A stretch of DNA of 64,000 bases from positions 13,394,001-13,458,000 of the forward strand of contig CM119371.1 in assembly GCA_051294905.1 (NCBI GenBank), read 5' to 3'. The stretch is from Botryllus schlosseri (lineage: Eukaryota). The translations under genes and the position numbers were made by a program. Under the pieces are notes generated by a model. The model was not told where the DNA came from and did no database searches. It saw only the letters and a program-made list of their open reading frames with translations. This document shows, piece by piece, positions 39,201-51,100 of this stretch (position 1 is its first letter; each line of letters starts with the position of its first letter).

Positions 39201-42200
39201 GTCGTTAGGTTATGTCATAACAAACAGTAGGCTTACTTCGCTCGTTATAACTATAGATAACTAACCTACGTATAGATATGCAACACCAGTCGTCACGCTT
39301 GCTTGCTCATTGTGAATTATTGCACCGTGCTCAGCAATCTCAATGGAACCACCCCGAAATAGCCGTCAATCTTTAAATCGGCATTATTCTAAATAATCGC
39401 AGCGACGCAGCACAAAAACCATAACAATGACCCTTGCGTGGTGGCGATTGTTCAAAACAATGCCGATTTTCAGACTTTGAGGTGTTTTTCGAGGGGGTTC
39501 CATTGTCCTGATCAGATGGATTAGCAATTATGTTGCTTTCAGATTGCTGAGCACGGAGCAATAATTTACACTGAGCAAGCAAGCGTGACGACCAGTGTTG
39601 CCTATCTATCCGCAGGTTCGTTATCTATATTTTAACACAAGATGAGTGATTAAGGTGAAACAAAGTAGACCCATCCGTTAACAATCGACAATGAGCTGAT
39701 ATAAGGCCGTATTAGCCTTATAGTCGCTTTTGTTTCGATACAATTGCGTCCGTCTTGCACAACAGAATGGTACGGAAAAATTTCCAGCCTAGCTAGAAGC
39801 TACTCGATTTAAATTACCTACTGTCTGTTGGAGCACCTTTGTCAGGCTAAAATAGTCTTTCAGCCACTGAAGAATTACTTTTTAACCCTATATGTGTGCT
39901 TTACTAAGTAATATAGAAAATAACATATAGTAATTCTCGAGACGTTTGGTACCGGAGTACGGACCTGTGCGATACAACTAACCTGAAGGTATAACTCTTG
40001 TACGTTTTTGTGATCAATGCCCATTATGGCAGATAGCGCAGCGGCAATTCATAAATACACAAGATGACAGTATTTTCAATGCGCCATCCGAATTTCCGCA
40101 TGGCCTTGTAACGAGCAATTGATTTTCTGCATAATTCGGCCAAAGTTAACGGTACCAAAGTGTCCGTATTGGGAGGAGTCGATGGTGCACTTATATACCA
40201 TTTTTGATGTTTCATTGGCAGCGGGTAGGTTTCAACAATAGCACAACTTTGCACCAACGTCAACTCTAGGAAAGTGATATTTCACCGTCGAGCTCTAACC
40301 ATGCTCAAATGGTAATATGTGTGGTTCAACGCAATGCTAATTAATCCCTATATTTACCCCAACCCCAACAAGGCGAGGGGTGACAGAATCTCTTTCAAAC
40401 GCACGTCAGGTATTCGATAATACAGTATACCAATGCCGTCCAATAGCATATCTTATAAAATGGTCAAATCTGCTGAAGAAACTTACCTCCATGCATGCGA
40501 GCAACTTGCCCGCCAATCGCCGGTGAGCATGGGGTCAGGATGCCCCTGAATCGAATCGGCCTGTCTTCTAGCCAACGTTAGCAAGTCGTATTGCGTACGG
40601 TTTCCTGCGAAAAATGTTAGTAAGTTTGGGAATATTAGGAATAGCTACAGTAAATCATGCGGAACGTAATGAAGATCAGGGCTGTGGAGACTTTAACCAC
40701 GCCGGTTCTATATCCGACTCCTAATATGTTCGTCAGCGAATCCTGACTCCCACTACATCATTCCTGTGAACACACTTAGAAAATGATACGTTTATTACAT
40801 ATTTAGTTAATATTACCAAGTGAGTTAACATATTTATATGATTTAGAAATAACGTGCTCGCAGGAAGACATTGAGTTTGTGAAAATTCACCCAGGAAAAA
40901 AAACTGGCTAACTTCTGAAATGCAGCGCCATTTGTGTGGAAATGGGAAATAGAATGATGTAACCTTTCGCAATGATATCGCGTAGACTGCAACTCAGGTC
41001 GAGGCTAATGGCAGATCTGCACTGATTCAAATCAGGTTCGCGATTGGTTGACCAGCCGTAATCTTCACAAATTCTGGACGCTTCACCGATTGTTCCTGAG
41101 CGATAAAATCACGCATTTACGTACATTAGAGATTACAATGTACCTTAGAAATTGTATATGTGTATCAGAGTGGGATCAATTGTAATTTGTAACTGAGCTG
41201 AATGTAATTCATTACATTTTTTCATGTAATTGTAATTGTAATTTGATAAAAATTTTGCTCAATTACAATTTCAATTACATTTTTATGGAAACTGACAATC
41301 ACAACATAAAATAATCAATCAATCAATCATTTATTCGTCACACCAGTGAAAATCCGTTACCGACCAGGATGACGACGAGGGGCCGCAAGGCCTTAAGGCC
41401 TTAGTACACAGTCGCCATCTGTAATAATTAGCCCATTTACATCGGTGTTCTATGCGTGCCGCGATATAACGAGATAATTCAGCCATGCTAAACTGTTTTC
41501 CATACTTCAGTAGCAACAGATAACTTTGTGAATTACAATGACTAAACCAGAGGTTCTCAAACTGGGAGGGGGCGTGAAAGCTTCTGAAGTGGGGCGCGAA
41601 GCTCTGGTAAACTGAAATTTTTCCCGCGCTTGGCGCGATTCACCTCCATTTCATAGTTAGGCCTACTGCTCTGCGTATAGTCCGAATTTCATATTGGAGA
41701 ATTCTCTCATCACCAGCAGTCATAACCTGCCATACCATCAAACTATCTGCAAGGATTGCTAACATTCTGGTTTGATTGTGTGATATGACGATAAGGGGGG
41801 CAAGAAATATTACACTGTCATAAAGGGGGGCGTGTCTAAAAAAGTTAGAGAACCAGTGCTGGACCATTTCCTACATCACGGTCGGAGTTTAATTTTCAAA
41901 TCTCTGACCAGTACCGAGGCTTGCTGCAACAATTGCAAAAATAAATTCAAGTTTTCAATCAAGGCTTCATCAAACTTGATCACGCATTTGTTGAGATGTT
42001 TATCCCAATTGTACCTCCAATCTTGGACAAATTTACTGGGTCCAGAAATTTTCGCTCCCTTATATTCATCAAATGCAATCTAACAGTTTTCGAGCAACTG
42101 AAAATATAAGTGCGAACCAAAATGTTGTAATTCGTAGTTATCAGGAGGTTGTTTCCTTTTACATTTATTTTAATTTTACACGTCTTATCGTTATCATCCT

Positions 42201-45200
42201 TATCGCTGACGCCTTACCAATTACATTTCATTATCCTCACTCAGCTCTGAGTAGCCTAATCGTTTGATTACATTTCATTGACTGTCCTGTCGCCTATTCG
42301 CTGTTAGTCGCTCAAACTTTTGGTTGTTAACATTCGCTTGAAAGATTTTTCTGTGTTTTCACTTTTCAGTACTCATGATTAGGAATAATTCGAATACGTT
42401 CGAGCATTTTTTATGATTAAAGGTTATTCTACGTATCATGAATAAAACATGAATACTGAATAGCTTGAGATTGTTGCTAATTAGGTCGCTACGGTTGTCA
42501 AAGAACACCTCTCCACCGAATCAATTACATGTTTGACAGTAATTGCAATTGTAATTGTAATTGTAATTGCAATTAATTACATGTTTAACGGTAATTGTAA
42601 TTGTAATTGTAATTCGATATTTTTAGCATCGAGTAATTGTAATTGCAATGTACTTGAAACATGCAAGGGAGTAATGGTAATTGAACTGAATTATTGTAAT
42701 TGCTCCCACTCTGATGTGTATATCCTATTAGAATACATCTGCAGAAAAATATGCGGATACACAGTGCATACCATTCTTTTACAGAAGGAATTTGTTACAT
42801 ACGTATATAGAAGAATAAACGTCGGATATAATTTTCACTTGTTGGGACAATCTATAACAGGGGTCACCAACGCGGTGCCCACGGTTGACCGGTCGCCCGC
42901 GAAAACCAAATGAATCGCCCGAGGTCGCAGTAGCAAATATCAAAAAAATGAGGGTTGAACTGGAGAAGGGATTCATATGGAAAGGAGTTACACATGGGTC
43001 AGTCGACCATAATGAACATACGAACGCAGTTGTCGATCGGAGCGTTGTTCGTCTTAGACCACGCGGAGATTTAACAGATTTAACGAGAATCTAGTTAATA
43101 TTCCCGAGTCTTTACGAGGAGATTGGCGCTTCGGAACGCAGTGCAGTAACGCAACTGAGCCAGAAGACACTGGTGTAGTCCCGATGAGTGATAATTATGT
43201 TCTTGGCATGGGCGGAAACCCTGCCCAGTGCTCTGAATGTCTAAGTGAAGAAATCCAACTGAGCACGCAAAAACGGCAGAAGTTACTGGTAATCCATCGC
43301 AATAATCAGTACCCAAGAAGCAGGCTAGGTCTTGGTTTCAAAAAGGTTGGCGATTCCTGATCTATTATCATTATTAAACTTGGTAAATACTTCTGTTCAG
43401 ATTCAACATTGACATAGCATAGTGGCATGAACTGATAATCATCTCAGATATCTTAGATGGAGTCAGCATTTCTAGATAAAATCAGTGTGAAAAATGAAAC
43501 TGTCCACTTCGAGCAATGTATCGGTGAACAATTGTGACTTCGGGTAGAGTTTAAAAAGAAATTACGTGGCTCTTTTCTAGTTTTAATATTTAATAAGTGC
43601 ACGGGAAATTCCTTTGCACGGTATACTAGATTTTCTAATGACTGAGATAAAATAAAATAGTCTTGCCTAATGGCAGAAAAGGAAATAGTTCAACGCTTAC
43701 TTGATTTTTCCGCCGTACATAAGTCACAATTTAGAAATAATAGCCGCGTTACCTTCAGGACAATTACTTGTTGCAATCCCTGGATTGCTAGCAGGCCATG
43801 ATACGTTTTTAGCAATTGAGAATGGACATGTTGTATCTCCGTTCATTGACGAAATGGATTCGTCTACGCTTGGCGAGTAGAAAGTGGCCTGTGACAGTTA
43901 ACAGAACATATAAAATTGGTTATTATTGTAGTCTGTTTTCCTCCGATTTTTTTGTATTGCCTTTTTACCAGTGGTTTCTAACGTGGGCGATATCGCCCCC
44001 AATGGGCGAGTTTGAGAAACAAGGGGTGAAAATACCAAAGGGACGATCTGGTGACGATAGGGGGCGAAAATGTTAGAACGGACAAGTGAGATATATTTAA
44101 TCAACACGAATAAAAATGCACGTGAATACGTCTCATTCAGTAAATGACGCAAAAGTTGACTGATAAAAAGTCAATGTAACGAAAAGTAGTCGCGGAAACC
44201 GGTTTTCCGAGCATCGTCTAGGAAAAAATGTCATTCTTTGAGTCAATTCACTGGCGATCATAGTTAGGTGACTAAATTTCCCGTTTCTATGTCCTCTTTA
44301 TCGGATCCGTAAATATGGGGAGCGCAGATTTGTGTCGAGCTTGATAATGGGGCGATGAGTCGAAAATGGTTGGGGAACCACTGTTTCAGACTTTTAGCTT
44401 CAGCAATGATTTCATACACATTCCTGGTGAATCATATATCATCTCGACACCCACCTACATGCTGCACGACTTCTTAGATTAAATCCACACAAAGAAAACA
44501 ATAGAACATAGAAAACGGTATTCACACTATATACGCTGGAATTTTCACAGCTAAGGCGGTTACATGGATACGAACTTACATCCGTAGCGTCAGATGTTTC
44601 TTGAACATCAAACTGAAAAGATCGATAGATCCCCGTATCATTCGTTTTCGATAATCTCGGTGGCAAGCAATAGAATAACACCTGGATATTGGGTTTCAGC
44701 ATCAGGGGAAGTAGATTTTTCCAGACTACGTCCACCGCGCATTCCTGCAAGCGAAGAAATAGGCCTAGAATAAACAACTAAATGACACTAAGAAATGTTC
44801 TGGTGCATTAGCTCGAAGCATAAATTGTTAGTAGAACAGGGTCGAAAATATGGTCTCACCGTATTACCGTCGCATTCTCTTTGGACCGACCAGATGAGAT
44901 TCAACCAGGAATCGGCAATCAATGCGGACGCGTGAGTGACATGACTATTTTTCAATACCCCAACGTATTTGGTTATTATATATCCAGACGAGTGATTGGC
45001 AGATCCGTTACAATTCAATCTAAACGAATTGCAGATGGAAGTGCAAGCGGCCCTCAAACAAATCCTCGAGTGTAAAAAAGGGTAGTTCTCTTCACTCACT
45101 GTACACTTGATGTGAATATTTTGGAATGCCAGGCTTCACTGTGCGATGTGATTTGCGGAGTCAATTCAATACCCCTTGGAGCGCACTGACGGACCGAGTC

Positions 45201-48100
45201 TGTAAAAACAATGAAGTCAATTCGATCGAGCGCCACTTACAACGGGCCGGAGCTACTTCTATTTACGAAATGCACGCAAGAGTTTTATAAACGTAAGACA
45301 TCGTTTAAGAGAACGTAGTCCGGAGTTGATTCAGCGGCCTGTGGCCGAAAGAAGCTTTCGAAGTTGCTGTCTACTGATGCCGCCATGAACATAGATTATC
45401 CGAGAATTCAGTGTGACATTTCCTATCATGTTGTAGAGCTGACATTTTATACTCTTTTATATGTATACTCATCCAATGGTGGGCATCAGTCCATACCTAT
45501 ATCACACCTCATACATGACAAATGGACAGGTGTCGAGGCTTTAAAATCTCCCCAAATCGATCTCCCCAGGTAATTCAAGCTTTATGCAAAAAGAGCACAT
45601 GTATCTAAGGTTTAATTGAAAGCAAATGGTATTTTAAACACTTTGCTTAAAAAATGTTCAAACTCTTCATGTTGGCATGACGGTGGGCTCAATAGAGCAC
45701 ATAATTTGTGTATGATTTTTAAATATCACATTGACTTGTTTTGTTCCTGTCGTGCCTGTGCTATAGTCCTCGTATTTTCAATCTTGTATTTACTCTGTGT
45801 GACGCCGTAATTAGCGATTCCGATTGCTGATAAACAACGTTTATGAATGCTCGCATTATAGCTGACGGTAACCACTAACCACGAATGAGTTTCTGCTCGA
45901 AAAGCTTCGGAATAATTATGAATATATTCAGGATTGTAATGACTCGAGTCACGATTTTTTGATGACTCGACTCGACTTGACGCGAGTAATTTTTTCAAAT
46001 GAGTAAAATGACTCGACTCGAGTCAATTTGTGTATTGACTCGACTTGTACTTTATTCATTGTGCATGACTCGAACCAAGTCATATTACTCGAGATTGCGA
46101 CGGCAAAGACAGAAGTTTCATTGTAACTTCGAAGAACAGTAAAGTCAGCACATTATTGGTGTAACGTCTATCAGTCCTGATATTGGAAAATAAGGCCAGA
46201 AACTTTTAGGACTGAGAACAATTACGATATTATGAATGCGAGCCATTTCTATATCAATCGAACAGAGTTGAAAAAAGTGGCTTGAACTCGAAACTGAACA
46301 GTGAACACAATGACTTCGACTTGACTCGGTGGAAAGAAAATGACTTGACTTGACTCGAGTCAAAACTATGTCTTGGTTATAACCTTGATTCGACATTCGC
46401 TTTTTATGCTCTGAGTCTCCAATAATAATAACGAATCGTTGATACCAGCCCTAATACTATTACTGCAGGATAGATTTATAGGTAGAACGATGCTCCATTT
46501 TCCCTATAAAACGAGCCGGTGATCTTTGGTATGTACCAAGGGTGGCCAACCTTTTTGCTATTCACGATTACTCACATAGCCTGCGGAAGCACACCAGGGC
46601 ATAACCGTAGGAAACTAGCTCGACGCCAAATAGGCCTACCCATCTTAAACTATCCATGTCCATTCCCGGCGAACTTCGGACTAATCTATTTATTCATATC
46701 GGCCTACTGTACGCACCAAAATCGCGAGTACTGATTTGATAGGATTGGTTATGGTCGCAAAAGGCGCGAATATTTTTAAAATTCACGAAGGAATTTCGTC
46801 ATTGATATTGGTAGTTTCACATAGTACCATCAGACATTGATCCGTTCCCAACCCATGTAATCAGATTCGCCTGTGGAGTTGATGAAAGATATTTCAAAAG
46901 AGTTTTCAAAAATCTAGGGCAAGTTATAATTGAGGATGTATCTTCGGGTGGGCCAATTGCTATTATTCACTAAGTTGCAAGCTGTTATTTTTTGACCAAT
47001 CATGAGGATTGTCGGTGGAATCGCCCGAACGTACCAAAACAAATTTCTTTCGTGAAGAGCACGCGATTCCGAGTTGGTATCTGTATATGGGCCATCATCA
47101 TTCTCCTCTGCTATTCACATATGTACTGTGGGGCTCAGATTGCATAGGATGCTACTATAGGCTTACCATATTTTGGAAATCTAAAAAGAGGACACTTTTT
47201 CAGAAATATGAGACTTGCAAAACCTGAGAAGAATTCTCAAAAATCGGTGAACTTTTCCCACTTTGTGATCGGTCGACTAAAAAAAAGGTCATCTTTTCGC
47301 TCACAGCTCAAAATACCTTTAAAAAAGTCAAAAAATAGGACAAATCCTCTTAAAAGAGAACGTATGGTAGCCCTATGCTACTATATCAACATCGAAAACG
47401 ATGTCATATTGAATCGCGCAAAGCGCGAAGAAAACTTTAGGTTTAATTGAAAAGTCTCAAAAATTCGGGGGTCAATTCGAAAATTCAATGTGCATGTCGA
47501 CGGCCGCACAAATTGTCTTCCCCTGCTGTAGCCCATGTACTAATCTACTCGTCACATACAAAAAGTAGCCTACACAACCTAAGCATTGAATTGACAATGT
47601 AACATAAAGTATCAATCTACTTCGCAGGATGTATTCCTCAGTATATGGTTATTAAGGCAATAAAGCACCCACCTTGCGCAATCAAATATTCACGATAATC
47701 TCCATAGAAAACATTGTAATCTGTGAAAATGCATGTAGCAAAAGGATTTACCAGGATAAGGATATTGACTACAATTCTAATCGTATACCTGGTAAAACGT
47801 AAGAAACGCTGAACGGTGATGACTTCATCTGTATCCTCTCATCGCTAATCAAACACGACACAGTTTTGTCCATGGTTTTCTTTTCTATAGAGAATCCTCG
47901 ACATTTCGAAGCGGAGCATAGCTTCGCGCATTGCTCTGCATTGGATACTAGCGCGCTACGATTCGTTGCGGTAATTACTTTGGATGAGTGAAAATGATAT
48001 CTTGCCCACTCCGTGTTTCTCACGAAGATCTTTAGCAAAACGATCGAACTTTCTGGGGGAAAGACACATATTATCATATCATACGTTTGATTGGTTGACG

Positions 48101-48145
<45 letters not shown>

Positions 48146-51100
48146 CTAAGCACAGTTCGCTGATTTGTACCAGTAGTGTGTTTCTTTCTTGCTATTGCGA
48201 GATTGCGGCCAAAGCTCACAGCAGAAAGTCACTAAAATTTGCAGACGGAAAGCTGAATATTTCGAGCAGACTTTTGGGCAAATAATTTTCGAAATTGACA
48301 AGATGCATGCCTGTTTAATGCTGAGTTTCTTTTCATGTAGCCAGCGCCTTTCGGAGAGTGGTCCGAAGTTGAAAAGGAAAGAAATGCAATCAAAGATGTT
48401 ATAATGACGTGAAATATTGTAACACGTGAAAAAGATTCACAATGCAGAACCTACCAAGGTTCGTTTGTGAACGCGAACCTGCAAATTTCAGAGGTTCAGA
48501 CACAGAACGCGAACGTGAACACAATCCATACTAATTAACATATGTCAATTTCATGCGGTTCGGATTGCGGTTCTGGCCATGAAATGCATTGAGATTGATA
48601 TCTGACGGCTATACACTAACCTTTACCACTGATGCTATTATCCACGTGATATACGCGGTTGAAAGCACAGCTTTTGTTGGCAACCGCTTGCGACACTCTC
48701 TCGCATCTATTCGTGCTGAATATCCGCTGCTTTACCGCGATGTTTAGGAAGTTCAACTTTTCGTCGGGGCTGCCTCCGCATTCGCTTTTCAGAGCCATGT
48801 GCCATTTCTCGATAAGAATAGGCTTTCCGATACCATACTCTTTCCATATTTCCAAACAAATCGACGTGATTGGTAGCAACGAGAAGTAATCGACTGCGCT
48901 TGATTTGAACGGAGTGAAATTACATACTTTGTCGCACGTGTGGAAGTTCGATTTTGTTGCAGCAGTTTCTCCGGCCACTCCATAATTTTGAAGATTAGTG
49001 GGAAGTACAGTGATGCTATCTTGTGCAATCAAGTGCCAGCCTAAAGACCAAGGTTAGCAGTCAGTTATATAGCAGCCACCCATGACCCATCTTTTTAAAA
49101 TAACAAGCCTTGCAAAAGAGCACAGGGATAACGTAAGTCAACACTTTCGGTTAGCAGTGGTTCCCAACCTTTTTGTCTTCATTCCCCACTTAAGAGTTAT
49201 TGCGAGACTTTATTTCCCACTACTCAAAACTCCTATACAAACCCTTTATTACAGGGTTACCATATTTTCGAATCCTATGAGGAGGACACTTTATAAATTC
49301 TGAAAGCTCCAAGAAAACTGGTGATTTTGAAAAGTTTCTGACCTATAGTATTGTGTTGACTAAAAAACGGGTCATCACTTTGAGTCGTTTCTCGATTTTT
49401 TTTTATGAAACTCTGACGTTCACCGCGTTGGAGTCGCATTTTTCGTGGCCTTTAAATTCTTTTCAGAGAAAGAGAGGACAAGTTCCTAAAATAGAGAACA
49501 TTTAGGCGTTCCCCGAGGACACTTTCAATTTATAATTTTCGATACATACATTCCAAAGCACTTAACTGGTAACGGCAATTGCGCTTGTGTTTCCGTAAAT
49601 GTGTAGACTACCCTGTATATGTATATGATGTCTATTGCCTATTTGGAAAACTCGGTACAAAAAAGTTAGAGGCCTAATAAAAAGGTAGGCACCATCGCCC
49701 ACAGCCAATGATATATATAAATTGTATACGTACAATGTATGTATATATATTCTTTTCAGCAGCTAATCACGGCATATTTGGGAAGCCGGTTACTAAAACA
49801 ACTCAGCACCTTCGATACACCTAGAAATAAGACAAACGACTCCCACGTTGAAAACCACTGCGGCCTTTTCGGTCTATTCATTACTATTCCTTCAACGTGC
49901 GGTCAAGTAATTAGAAAAAGTAACTGCTTACCGGGCAAGGGTGTCAAAATCTTCACAAGATGTAGACTGATCGGGCATCCAATTGGTTGCAAAATTATGC
50001 GTGTGTCCTCATCAATATTCGTAAAATATATTTTCAATGATCTTGCCCACACCACTTGTGATAGGTAGACATTGGTCACGTTCAGTCGTGGAATAGTGAA
50101 AAATACCTGCTAAAGTGGAATGTTGTAACTTGTGTAATATTGACATGTATCGATAAGAAGCCATTTTAACAATGTAGGCGTCATTCTTAATTGTCTTTTG
50201 GGCAGATGTATGTTATATTTCTACAAACCAAGGACTCCAGTTCAGAAGTCACTTCGATCAACGTAAGATAATCTGCAGTATCTATATACTCGCCTTATTT
50301 TCCCCATTCTCCATATAAGGTCGGAATTTTTTTCCATAACCAATATCCACCATAAATTCAATGACATCCACACTGCCACTAACACCGTCAGGTTGGATTA
50401 CTATAATGCTTACTCCGTGTATGAATTTTCGGTCATCTGTCATTAAGCAGGGTAAGTTGATAACGAATCCTAGACGGTAACCTCTCGTGACCGACCGAAT
50501 GTAAAAGTTATCCAATGCCCCATCGGGGAATTCTGAAGCACAATCCCGCCATAGTTGTGATCTACAAGTGATACATTCGATGACGGATCATTGCTTGACT
50601 GGATGGATGAGACTGAAATTCGATTTTGAATCGGATTTTATATGATGCATTAGGACTATAGTATTATGGAAGTAATTCCAGTATCGTGTATCTATACCTA
50701 AATCTGTCGTCTTCAATAAACTTTCCCTGGTATCCTACAGCAGTGTGTCTTAAAATTTTTAGCGCTAATGTATCCCTTGGGCTTGGATGAAATGTTTTCG
50801 TGCCTCCTATCCAGGATCGAAACAGCACTTTGTCAAGCTATCCCAACGACTGATCTTGGTCTCTAACAGGCTATTCAACACAATGTAATTGGATTTCAGA
50901 CACAGGGTACATTTCAGCGACTGGATATACTAGAATATCGAAGATTTGACGATGACCTGTGATTTTAGGGTCCAAATATAAATCTGCCCACGGCCCTGGA
51001 GCCGCACTAAGCGCGAAGAAAATTTTCGGTTTGAAGCAATCCAGCCATTGTCGACAGACCTGAGGGCGTATTTATGACTGCTTGTCACTACTGCTTACTT

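Noticed and set aside
40487..40530. Suspected frameshift in the first GAIN exon
   Set aside because: The unshifted frame ends in phase 2, which matches the next exon
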